From an uncultured bacterium (lineage in GTDB: Bacteria > Babelota > Babeliae > Babelales > Vermiphilaceae): a stretch of 64,000 bases of DNA. The stretch is from the NCBI GenBank assembly GCA_963703265.1, contig OY969806.1:722407-786406 (forward strand). The letters are read 5' to 3'. The notes below the pieces were generated by a model. That model was not told the origin of the DNA. It saw nothing but the letters and a program-made list of their open reading frames with translations, and did no database searches. Positions 56,532-64,000 of the stretch are shown piece by piece (positions within the stretch are counted from its first letter, which is position 1; the number at the start of each line of letters is the position of its first letter). The translations under genes were made by a program, and so were the position numbers.

Positions 56532-56556
56532 TTTTTAATAAAACAAAACAAGAGTG
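56532..56556 (-). promoter_or_regulatory. 25-nt upstream motif shared with MIOX
   Basis: Coding-strand CACTCTTGTTTTGTTTTATTAAAAA, 34 nt upstream of the PAP2 ATG. The IS end lies 1-2 nt away. Confidence 0.35.
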
Positions 56557-56599
56557 GTATAGTGACCCCTTTTGTCAAGACACAAAATTATAAAATTTT

Positions 56600-57511
56600 T
56601 TAAATCATATTGGTTCCAATGTTATCTACAAAATTTGATGTAACAAAACTTACTAGCAATTCTTGTTTAGTGGGTATTCTTTTTTTAGCAAAGATATCGT
56701 CAGGTGTATGATAATTAAGCGATTGATGAGGGCGATGTTTATTGTAAAAATCTATATAAAGTGCAAGTGCATCACGAGCTTGCTGAAGATTTTCAAAGCT
56801 GTGCAAATGTATAAATTCATATTTAATTGTTCTCCATAATCTTTCTATGTAAACATTATCAGCCCATCGACCTTTACCATCCATGCTTATAAAAATGGCT
56901 TTTTCTTGTAAAAAATTAACCCATAACTCACTTGTAAATTGACATCCTTGATCGCTGTTAATAATTTCAGGAACATTGCTCTGAAGAGCTGAACCAAGAG
57001 CTTCTAAGCAAGATAATGTATCCAAAGAATTTGAAAAATTCCAACCCATAATTTTTCTACTAAAAATATCAATTAAGCAAATCAAATAAACAAAATGTCC
57101 ACGTACTTTTATATAAGTTATATCAACTTGCCATACCTGATTTGGCCGCTCGATTTTCATATTACGCAATAAATAAGGAAATACTTTGTGCGTTAAATTT
57201 CTTATGGTAGTTATTTTTTTAGGATAAATAGCTTGAATTCCAGCTTCTTTAAGCAAGCGATATACTTTTTTGTGATTAATCAGTACCCCGGCCTTGCGTA
57301 ATTCAACAGTCATTCTTCTGTATCCATAAAAAGCATGTCGTTCATAAATAACACGTAATTTATCAGTTATTTCTTTGTCTGAACTATTATCTTGTATAAT
57401 TTCTTTATAATACATTGAACTCCTCGGAACATTAAGCAGTTCGCATTTTTTCTTTAAATTTAAACTTTTAATTTTTTCTTTTTTGTTCTCTTCATTACTG
57501 CGCTCAATCAC
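56600..57511 (-). CDS. IS3 transposase OrfB (DDE integrase core)
   Basis: WQVDITYI, NSDQGCQFTS and ERLWRTIKYE give D, D and E in rve-domain spacing. The frame is open upstream to 57558. Confidence 0.85.
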   Translation of the reverse strand: MIERSNEENKKEKIKSLNLKKKCELLNVPRSSMYYKEIIQDNSSDKEITDKLRVIYERHAFYGYRRMTVELRKAGVLINHKKVYRLLKEAGIQAIYPKKITTIRNLTHKVFPYLLRNMKIERPNQVWQVDITYIKVRGHFVYLICLIDIFSRKIMGWNFSNSLDTLSCLEALGSALQSNVPEIINSDQGCQFTSELWVNFLQEKAIFISMDGKGRWADNVYIERLWRTIKYEFIHLHSFENLQQARDALALYIDFYNKHRPHQSLNYHTPDDIFAKKRIPTKQELLVSFVTSNFVDNIGTNMI

Positions 57512-57517
57512 TTTTTT
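57511..57517 (-). promoter_or_regulatory. Canonical IS3 heptamer A AAA AAG, in orfA phase but 5 codons downstream of the orfA TAA
   Basis: orfA frame: aac TAA att tat ctt cac gtA AAA AAG tga. Confidence 0.4.
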
Positions 57518-57531
57518 ACGTGAAGATAAAT

Positions 57532-57807
57532 TTAGTTCCTGAGCGCTCGTTCTAAAAAATCACGCTCTGCTGTTATTTGACCAATGACACGATGAAGTCT
57601 ATCAATTTCCGCTTGTTGATTCTTCTTTTCTTTGACTTCAAATAGCTCTTTGCACTTCTCTTCAATTTCTTTTTTCCATGTTGATATTTGCGTTGGTGCA
57701 ATGCTATATTGTTGACCTAATTCGCCTAAAGATTTTTTCTCTTTGATAGCTTCTAGTGCGACTTTTGCTTTAAATGAACTGCCATGTTTTTTATATATTC
57801 GTGCCAT
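57532..57807 (-). CDS. IS3 transposase OrfA (HTH)
   Basis: MARIYKKHGSSFKAKVALEAIKEKKSLGELGQQYSIAPTQISTWKKE plus a leucine-zipper-like tail. ATG at 57807. Confidence 0.8.
   Translation of the reverse strand: MARIYKKHGSSFKAKVALEAIKEKKSLGELGQQYSIAPTQISTWKKEIEEKCKELFEVKEKKNQQAEIDRLHRVIGQITAERDFLERALRN
57553..57559 (-). promoter_or_regulatory. Candidate -1 frameshift heptamer T TTT TTA, in phase with orfA
   Basis: The minus strand reads gaT TTT TTA gaa. The -1 frame opens exactly here, with TGA immediately upstream in that frame. Confidence 0.4.
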
Positions 57808-58061
57808 AATAAACCCCAAGTTATAATGATTATTTTTTACCATCATTACACCCTAACATTTTTCAAATCTCATATGTCTAGTTTCTTGGGTTCATTATAT
57901 GGTGTGTAGTGAGTGTTGATGCGATTTAGTTGTAATTATTTTTTAATAAATGAAGTTTTTCTGTTGCGATTATTGTTGATAGATCAAAAATTATGTATTA
58001 TTATGTTATTTGTGTGTAATAAATACAATATGAATATTGCAATTGTTGTTAAGGATTTTTT

Positions 58062-59045
58062 ATGAGGCATAAACGAATATTTTGTATAGTGAGTGGTATG
58101 TTTTTATATATGAATATTATTGGAATGGAACAAGAGAAGAACTTAATGTTAATGCCAGATGATATTTTATATAATATAACACTTCATTGTACGCTGAGAT
58201 CAATTGTATGTTTTAAAGGAACATGTAAAAAATATAATAATAATGATATAAGTAATCCATATTATATAGGCAGATTAATATGTGGAATTTATAAAAATTC
58301 TTATGAAGCGATTGGAGGCCGTCGTGGAGTAGTAGAATGGTTGTATGAATATAAAGATGGAAAGCGTTTATTTAAAGAGTCTATTGATAATGAAAGGATT
58401 TGCGGTTATTTTTCAAATAAAAAATTATGTCTTCTAAAATATTTTGCTAAAAAGGCAGATCAAGTGATGTTTGATTTTTGCTATAATCACTTAAGTGATA
58501 TATGTTGTTTTAAAGATAATAAAAGTTGTTATGATAAAAATAAATGTGATTATGAAAAACTTTTTGATGATGCGGTTAGTTGCCCTAGCAGTTTTAGTTA
58601 TGATTTAGCAAATTTTTTGGTAAATCATAAAAAAGAAAATATTAATTTTGATAATGATAAACGTAATAAATTTTTTTTTCTTGTATGTATATATGGTGAT
58701 AATAGAATGGTGAAAAAATGGATGTTGCCTGGTGTTAATGTTAACTATGCACCAGAATACGCTTGTAAAAATACTCCTCTTCATTATGCATTTAATAACG
58801 GTAATGTTGAATTGGCAAAATTTTTGATGAAAAATGGTGCAGATATAAGTCATGCTAATGCAACAGGAGAAAGACCTTTTGATATTATGTTAAATAATTC
58901 TGAGTTTTGTAAGCTGTATGTTTCATTGGTATATCCGGAGTTATTGAAGGTGAAGGATGATGAAAATTTTTCAGTAATACAAAATATCGTTATTCCTTTG
59001 ACAGCAGTAGTAATTGGAGGAATTGGTTGTCTTTTTTTTATATAA
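58062..59045 (+). CDS. F-box-like + ankyrin-repeat protein with an N-terminal signal and a C-terminal tail anchor
   Basis: MPDDILYNITLHCTLRSIVCFKGTCKKY (F-box-like). ANK repeat NTPLHYAFNNGNVELAKFLMKNGADISHANATGERPFD. Terminal TM VIPLTAVVIGGIGCLFFI. Confidence 0.7.
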   Translation: MRHKRIFCIVSGMFLYMNIIGMEQEKNLMLMPDDILYNITLHCTLRSIVCFKGTCKKYNNNDISNPYYIGRLICGIYKNSYEAIGGRRGVVEWLYEYKDGKRLFKESIDNERICGYFSNKKLCLLKYFAKKADQVMFDFCYNHLSDICCFKDNKSCYDKNKCDYEKLFDDAVSCPSSFSYDLANFLVNHKKENINFDNDKRNKFFFLVCIYGDNRMVKKWMLPGVNVNYAPEYACKNTPLHYAFNNGNVELAKFLMKNGADISHANATGERPFDIMLNNSEFCKLYVSLVYPELLKVKDDENFSVIQNIVIPLTAVVIGGIGCLFFI

Positions 59046-59088
59046 AAATTATTTAAATAATTGATAAAAATTTTATGGCAATAGATTT

Positions 59089-59904
59089 TTATAATCCTAT
59101 AGCAATATTTGCATTAAGCCATCCGGCAGGAATGCCAATATCATAGCGCGTTGTATCGATAATATGAGCGATCACGCGTTCGCCATTACGCATCATATCT
59201 GCAATGCCATCAGTAAGTTGAATTTCACCGCCAGCACCAGGTGTAATAATTTCAAGAGAATCAAATATACGTGGTGAGAGAATATAGCGACCAATGATGG
59301 CATAATTTGATGGTGCTTGATCGATAGATGGTTTTTCAATTAAGTGCGCAACTTCAAATACATTGTCTTCTAATTGTTTTTTAATATCGATAATGCCATA
59401 TGAAGAGACTTTTTTTTGTGGAACTTGTTGAACGCCAATAACTGATGCATTATATTTTTGTGCAATAGTGATAAGTTGTGCAAGTGCTGGTGTTTTTCCA
59501 CTCATAATTTCATCAGGCAAAAAGATACCAAAATATTCGTTATCTATTGCTGCTTGTGCCATTAATACTGCATGGCCAAGGCCGCGCGGTATTGGTTGCG
59601 GAATATAGTTAAAATGAGCAGTGTTGATAATAGTATTAATACTATCAAGTAAGGAGAGTTTACCCGCAGCTTTTAATGTTTTTTCAAGAGCGGGTTGGAC
59701 AGAAAAATGATGTTTGATTGCTTGTTTATCGTCATTAAGAATAATATTAAATTCTTTAATATGTGAAGCAATTCCTTCTTCAATAATCAACTGAATTGCT
59801 GGTTTATTTAATATGGGCAGCATCTCTTTAGGAATTGCTTTGGTGTAAGGCAAAAAACGTGTACCAAGACCTGCTGCTGGGATGACTGCTTTAGTTATAT
59901 TCAT
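59089..59904 (-). CDS. galU: UTP--glucose-1-phosphate uridylyltransferase
   Basis: KAVIPAAGLGTRFLPYTKAIPKEMLPI and VEKP-like IEKP. Confidence 0.9.
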   Translation of the reverse strand: MNITKAVIPAAGLGTRFLPYTKAIPKEMLPILNKPAIQLIIEEGIASHIKEFNIILNDDKQAIKHHFSVQPALEKTLKAAGKLSLLDSINTIINTAHFNYIPQPIPRGLGHAVLMAQAAIDNEYFGIFLPDEIMSGKTPALAQLITIAQKYNASVIGVQQVPQKKVSSYGIIDIKKQLEDNVFEVAHLIEKPSIDQAPSNYAIIGRYILSPRIFDSLEIITPGAGGEIQLTDGIADMMRNGERVIAHIIDTTRYDIGIPAGWLNANIAIGL

Positions 59905-59933
59905 ACATCCTCCAAACTTTATGAAAACAAACT

Positions 59934-60971
59934 TTATGAAAATTGATCAAGAAATTTTATTTTACTTGAATGAAAAAGTCTAATATCATTTATTCCATAT
60001 TTAATCATAGCGATTCGTTCAATACCCATACCAAAGGCAAATCCAGAATATATAGTGGGATCGATTCCTCCTGCACGTAAAACATTGGGATGCACCATGC
60101 CAGTTCCCAGTAATTCTATCCAACCAGTATGTTTGCAGATAGAGCATCCGGTAGTGCAAAAAGAACATGAAGCATCTATTTCAAGGCCTGGTTCAACAAA
60201 AGGAAAAAATCCTGGTCGTACACGAATTTCTAATTTTTCATTTTCAAATATTTTTTTTAAAAATATGTGTGCAGTTGCAAGAAGGTTGCTCACTGATATA
60301 TTTTTATCAATTAATAATATTTCTGCTTGAGTAAATAGAAAGTCATGAGTTTGATCTGTCGCTTCTTTTCTATAGACTCGCCCTGGTGAAAAAATGGCAA
60401 GGGGAAGTGGGTATTGTTCCATTGCACGGGCTTGAACATTGGAGCATTGTGTACGAAGTAGCATTGATTTTTGTTCTAAAAAAAATGAATCTTCTGCTTC
60501 TCGCGCAGGGTGATCGGCAGGAATATTGAGTGATTCAAAATTATAAAATTCAGTTTCGACTTCTGGTCCATCAGCAATATCATAACCCATAGATATAAAA
60601 ATATTCTCGAGATCAGTAATAATTTGTGTGTAAATGTGAGATGTTCCTTTAAGTTCATTAGAGCGATATGCGGTGACGTCAAAGTTTTTGTGAGCTGAAT
60701 ATTTTTTTTCGTATGCCTGTTTTTCAAGGGAATTATTCAGAGAGTTGAACGTGTCTTGAATTTCTGTTTTGAGTTGGTTAAGTAATGGGCCAATAATTTT
60801 TTTTTCTTCAATAGGTAATGTTTTAAGTTCTTCCATCAGATGAGCAATTTTTCCTTTGCGTCCCAAGAATGTGACACGAGCTGATTCTAAGGATGCCTGT
60901 GTATTAATCATTGAGATTGTAGAGGTAAATTCTTTTTTTATATAATCAATGTATTCTGAGAGGCTTTTCAT
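59934..60971 (-). CDS. pheS: Phenylalanine--tRNA ligase alpha subunit
   Basis: Class II motifs (FSPGRVYR, GFAFGMGIERIAMIKYGI), N-terminal coiled coil. Confidence 0.95.
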   Translation of the reverse strand: MKSLSEYIDYIKKEFTSTISMINTQASLESARVTFLGRKGKIAHLMEELKTLPIEEKKIIGPLLNQLKTEIQDTFNSLNNSLEKQAYEKKYSAHKNFDVTAYRSNELKGTSHIYTQIITDLENIFISMGYDIADGPEVETEFYNFESLNIPADHPAREAEDSFFLEQKSMLLRTQCSNVQARAMEQYPLPLAIFSPGRVYRKEATDQTHDFLFTQAEILLIDKNISVSNLLATAHIFLKKIFENEKLEIRVRPGFFPFVEPGLEIDASCSFCTTGCSICKHTGWIELLGTGMVHPNVLRAGGIDPTIYSGFAFGMGIERIAMIKYGINDIRLFHSSKIKFLDQFS

Positions 60972-61131
60972 GGGTCTTTTCTCGCCTGCTTGATTTTTGG
61001 ATACTTTATATTAGCTTTTTTAAGATATCAAAGAATTAAATTGTTAGCAAAAAGTAGCGATTGTTATTGACAAAAACTTACAAAGAGGTACCATACTAAA
61101 GTACCTATTGATCTTTTTCATAATAAATAAT

Positions 61132-61206
61132 GCCGGGGTAGCTCAGTGGTAGAGCGGAAGCCTGAAGAGCTTCGCGTCGTTGGTTCAATTCCGACCCCCG
61201 GCACCA
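61132..61206 (+). tRNA. tRNA-Phe (GAA)
   Basis: GCCGGGG acceptor, loop CTGAAGA, TTCAATT T loop, encoded CCA. 75 nt. Confidence 0.9.
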
Positions 61207-61225
61207 GCTTTCGCTAAAGCTTCAG

Positions 61226-61244
61226 CTGGCACAGCCAGTTTTTT
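61226..61244 (+). terminator. Short terminator after tRNA-Phe
   Basis: CTGGC-aca-GCCAG followed by TTTTTT. It is preceded by a second palindrome, CCAGCTTT...AAAGCT..GCTGG. Confidence 0.5.
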
Positions 61245-61290
61245 AAAGGTTTGATATTAATAATATAAAAAGTTTGACTATAAAAGTGTA

Positions 61291-61343
61291 GTCCACCCGC
61301 CGTTCTTCGACAAGCTTAGGATGATCTGGGGCGAAGGCTGGAC
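61291..61343. repeat. GC-rich palindromic micro-repeat (inverted copy of the 23.8-kb core)
   Basis: GTCCAcccgccgTTCTTCGACAAGCTTAGGATGAtctggggcgaaggcTGGAC. Confidence 0.7.
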
Positions 61344-61387
61344 AAAATAAAGCTATGTCCGATATATTTTTTTAAATATTGTCTTTT

Positions 61388-61417
61388 TATTTCATTTCAT
61401 TTTATTTCATTTCATTT
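61388..61417 (+). repeat. Perfect 15-bp tandem duplication (tatttcatttcattt x2)
   Basis: Read directly from the sequence. Intergenic and AT-rich. Confidence 0.8.
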
Positions 61418-61488
61418 TTAATTGATTTTTACTAGTTTTTTGTGATATTTTGCCTGTAAAGTTTATTTTTTAAAACAAGGAAAAAAAT

Positions 61489-61821
61489 ATGAAAGCTGTT
61501 ATTGTTTTTAATTTTCTAATATGTATGGGTGTTGTTTATGGAGCGGAAAATAAAGGAGGTCTTAAAGATAAAGGAAGGAGTGGTAATACGAGTACTCCAA
61601 AAATAGTTATTACGCCCGCTTTTGGAACTCCTGTTCCTCAGAGACATTTGAGTAAGAAGCAAGAAAATTTATTACCAGAAACAGTAATAAATCAGACAGC
61701 AATAAATAGGCCTCAAACAGTTAAAAGCCAGCCGGGTGTAGAAAGAGTTAAAAGTCAGCCGTTAATATCAGCATCAGTAGTTAAAACTCCTTATCCAACA
61801 TCAACACCAAATAAAAAATAA
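61489..61821 (+). CDS. Small secreted P/T/K-rich protein
   Basis: Signal MKAVIVFNFLICMGVVYG followed by a low-complexity region. Confidence 0.5.
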   Translation: MKAVIVFNFLICMGVVYGAENKGGLKDKGRSGNTSTPKIVITPAFGTPVPQRHLSKKQENLLPETVINQTAINRPQTVKSQPGVERVKSQPLISASVVKTPYPTSTPNKK

Positions 61822-61934
61822 CATTTCACTCTATCAATGTGATAAAATTAAATATCCTCAACCATTTTTATTTTTTTATAATTGTACTAGAGTACTTAAA
61901 AAGTAGTAGATTTGGTAAAAGTGGAGAGATATTT

Positions 61935-62417
61935 ATGAAGCAGATGCAGTCTAATAAAAATAGTATCGCATGGTTTAAAATTGCCGAATGTGTATCACGA
62001 GGAGAAAAAGAGCGTGCACTTGGTGTGTATCGTCTTCTTTCTCATTCTTTTAACGATGATGCAGTAGCACGACAACTTGAAGGAGATATTTATCTTTCTT
62101 TTAATGAATATGATGCTGCTGTTCTTTTATATCGTCAGGCAATGGATCTTTATCAAAAATCAAATCGTATATTTGAGGCAGCAGCGGTGTGTGAACACCT
62201 TATTACGCTCTCTCCTGATGATAGTGGATTGCGCAAAGAGGTGATAAAATTTTATATTTCTCTTGATAATATATCATTGGTAAAAAAACATATTTGTAAA
62301 GCATTTGAAGATGGTCGCATGGTTGAAAGTCAACAACTTTTACAAGAATTTATGTCCATATTACGAGCATATTCAGATGAATTATATGAATATGCTGTTA
62401 CCTATATTGCAAAGTGA
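61935..62417 (+). CDS. TPR-like cytoplasmic protein
   Basis: GGAGAG RBS then ATG at 61935. Helical pairs such as GDIYLSFNEYDAAVLLYRQAMDLYQKSN. Confidence 0.55.
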   Translation: MKQMQSNKNSIAWFKIAECVSRGEKERALGVYRLLSHSFNDDAVARQLEGDIYLSFNEYDAAVLLYRQAMDLYQKSNRIFEAAAVCEHLITLSPDDSGLRKEVIKFYISLDNISLVKKHICKAFEDGRMVESQQLLQEFMSILRAYSDELYEYAVTYIAK

Positions 62418-62451
62418 CAGCATATTTTTAATTATTTTTACAAAAATCAGT

Positions 62452-63423
62452 TTATTGTATTGTGCAAGAAGAGGATGTGGTTGTTGTATCTTTTTTCTGA
62501 GATTTCTCTTGATCTAGAAAGTTTTTTATAGTATCGCATATGATTATATTAATATCGTTTGCTTTTATCTCAGGATATGACCCATTTAGGTATTCTTGCC
62601 AATATTCTGTTCCTTTATTTTCTTTGTATTCATTAAATAAGTATTTAAAACAATTTAGCGAATTGAATTTTATAGAATCGTGTATTAATGAGTGTAATCC
62701 TGAATTATTAGGTTTTGTTTGTGAGCATAATTTTTTTAGTTGATTTACATTGTCACATAATAAGGCTAAAGAGTAAGAAAGAAAGAAACCAGTTTGATTG
62801 TTTATTTTTGGGAAAAATGTAGTTGAGCTATCTAAAGGCCAAAGGTTAGTAGAATAAAAATAGTTTATATCGATTGTATCATAGTATTCTTGACATGTAC
62901 CAATGGTTATTTCTTTTAGAAATTTTCTTTTAATGTTAATCAATATTGTGCCCATATCAAGATTGTTATTTTTTTTTGCGAATAAAATGGAAGCGTGCAA
63001 TGTCCAGAATCTTTGACATGGGTAAAAATTTGGATTGTTTTTTGCAAATTTGATAGAAGGTATTGGTTGAATATTATCTAATATCCATTTTATAGAATTT
63101 AAATCATTTTTTTCTGCAATGACCGGAAGGATTAAATCAAATTTGTATGGGGAATGTTTAATATTTTTGTCATGAGTCTTTATAACTGCTAATACATTGT
63201 CAGGCATAAATGTCCATGTTTTAGGAGCGTCGGCGCCTACCTGAGCAAGATGTTTGTTAACTAATCTCATATCTTTTGGTTTAAATTGGGCTAGTATAAG
63301 ATACTTAGTTTCTATTGGTAATTTGTCAATGTAATAGGGCATATTCTTTTCTTCCATTCCCAAAATAGTTGGAATATAAAGAGAGATAAATAATATGCTG
63401 AGAGAGAAATATGATTTGTTCAT
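62452..63423 (-). CDS. Secreted F-box-like protein ending in the CaaX box CTIQ
   Basis: Signal MNKSYFSLSILFISLYIPTILG-MEEKN. IDKLPIETKYLILAQFKPKDMRLVNKHL. C-terminus TTTSSSCTIQ*. Confidence 0.7.
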   Translation of the reverse strand: MNKSYFSLSILFISLYIPTILGMEEKNMPYYIDKLPIETKYLILAQFKPKDMRLVNKHLAQVGADAPKTWTFMPDNVLAVIKTHDKNIKHSPYKFDLILPVIAEKNDLNSIKWILDNIQPIPSIKFAKNNPNFYPCQRFWTLHASILFAKKNNNLDMGTILINIKRKFLKEITIGTCQEYYDTIDINYFYSTNLWPLDSSTTFFPKINNQTGFFLSYSLALLCDNVNQLKKLCSQTKPNNSGLHSLIHDSIKFNSLNCFKYLFNEYKENKGTEYWQEYLNGSYPEIKANDINIIICDTIKNFLDQEKSQKKDTTTTSSSCTIQ

Positions 63424-63459
63424 AAAAGTTAGTCCTTATACATGTTTCTTTTTGAGAGT

Positions 63460-64000
63460 TTATTGTATTGGGCAAGAAGAAGGCATTGATATTTTTCTTT
63501 GCTGCTTTAAGTATTCTATAACCTTGTCGCTTACCTGAAATCCTCTTCCTGTTATTTTTAAACAGTGCAATATCAATTTATTACTTTCTGGAATAGATGA
63601 TGATTCTTTATATTTTGTAAATATAAATTCGAACAATTCTGGTTTATCAAAGCAATGGTAGATTAATTCTATTTTGCCATCATTAGTAGGTTCCACTTGG
63701 AACCATAATTTTTTAAGGTCATTTAAATCATTATTGAGTGCATTTATTTCATATAACTCAATTACGTTCTCGCATTCATTTTCTGGCAAGAGATTTGGTT
63801 TATGCTCTATAGCAGGAATATTTTGATAAATTTTTTGCCAACTTGTATTGATAAATTCTTGTGAATAATTATAAACTTTCAGATAATTTTTAATTAACAC
63901 TTCGCCGGCTTGTTCGTTATTATAGTGTTTTACTAATTTAAATGGGCCATAAGGATCATAATAAAATTGGCAGTTGATTTTATGAGATACTAAGTCAGCA
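63460..64000 (-). CDS. Paralog of 62452..63423 ending in the CaaX box CPIQ. The 5' end lies beyond the window.
   Basis: The frame stays open from 63900 up to the window edge (...HKINCQFYYDPYGPFKLVKHYNNEQAGEV-LIKNYL...). The C-terminal ~100 aa align with the neighbour (LNDLKKLWFQVEPTNDG / VNQLKKLCSQTKPNNSG). Ends MPSSCPIQ*. Confidence 0.65.
   Translation of the reverse strand, partial: ADLVSHKINCQFYYDPYGPFKLVKHYNNEQAGEVLIKNYLKVYNYSQEFINTSWQKIYQNIPAIEHKPNLLPENECENVIELYEINALNNDLNDLKKLWFQVEPTNDGKIELIYHCFDKPELFEFIFTKYKESSSIPESNKLILHCLKITGRGFQVSDKVIEYLKQQRKISMPSSCPIQ

Larger units (their letters stand above)
56558..57899 (-). mobile_element. IS3-family insertion sequence (1342 bp)
   Basis: orfA and orfB in a -1 arrangement. 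Imperfect terminal inverted repeats TATAGTGACCCC...GACA / TATAATGAACCC...GACA. Flanked by a direct TGG (56555-57 and 57900-02). Confidence 0.7.

Noticed and set aside
56573-56578. Outward-facing TTGACA in the IS3 terminal repeat, considered as a hybrid promoter for the PAP2 gene
   Set aside because: There is no acceptable -10 hexamer at 16-19 nt spacing downstream, so the hybrid-promoter idea is unsupported.
61067-61097. TTGACA hexamer upstream of tRNA-Phe, considered as a promoter
   Set aside because: The best -10 candidates (CATACT/ATACTA) are weak and lie at 19-20 nt spacing. This is too uncertain to list as a feature.
61388-61417. Checked as a possible CRISPR or tandem array
   Set aside because: It is only two 15-bp AT-rich units with no spacers. 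This is simple slippage duplication.

Overview
Visibly AT-rich bacterial chromosomal DNA that uses the standard code (TGA is used as a stop). Housekeeping genes are interleaved with accessory islands. Housekeeping genes I recognise: serS, a Lig1-type ATP-dependent DNA ligase, plsY, pgsA, secD, hemW, mreC, an S49 SppA-like gene, rpmE, prfA, ppsA, ilvE, gatCA, a MATE pump, rsmG, galU and pheS. There are six tRNAs: Met/Ile2-CAT, Leu-GAG, a Val-Asn-Asp cluster, and Phe-GAA next to pheS. I saw no rRNA and no CRISPR array.

The accessory content looks like that of an obligate intracellular or amoeba-associated bacterium (Dependentiae/TM6-like or similar). This is an inference from gene content only. 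It includes:
- several F-box-like and ankyrin proteins with signal peptides or C-terminal tail anchors;
- three proteins ending in eukaryotic CaaX prenylation boxes (CVVS, CTIQ, CPIQ);
- a strongly eukaryote-like myo-inositol oxygenase;
- giant helical-repeat paralogs.

The most system-like region is 37.4-44.6 kb. Two near-identical genes for fused AAA-ATPase + PD-(D/E)XK proteins bracket a cassette of a HAD-like protein, a CPT-like P-loop kinase, a CPBP intramembrane protease, and a P-loop/GNAT fusion. A third copy sits at 51.1-52.7 kb, and a truncated 5' relic sits at 39.95-40.11 kb.

Other notable structure:
- a GC-rich palindromic micro-repeat inserted in frame in two of the three ATPase paralogs;
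- a ~115-bp composite repeat family parked exactly at gene 3' ends, including a perfect 113-bp inverted pair;
- an orphan toxin C-terminus relic with two immunity-like genes next to the tRNA cluster;
- a ~170-bp duplicated relic of the ligase 3' end that marks insertion of an ankyrin gene;
- one IS3-family element with 3-bp target duplication.

All functional calls come from motif recognition by eye. No database search was run.
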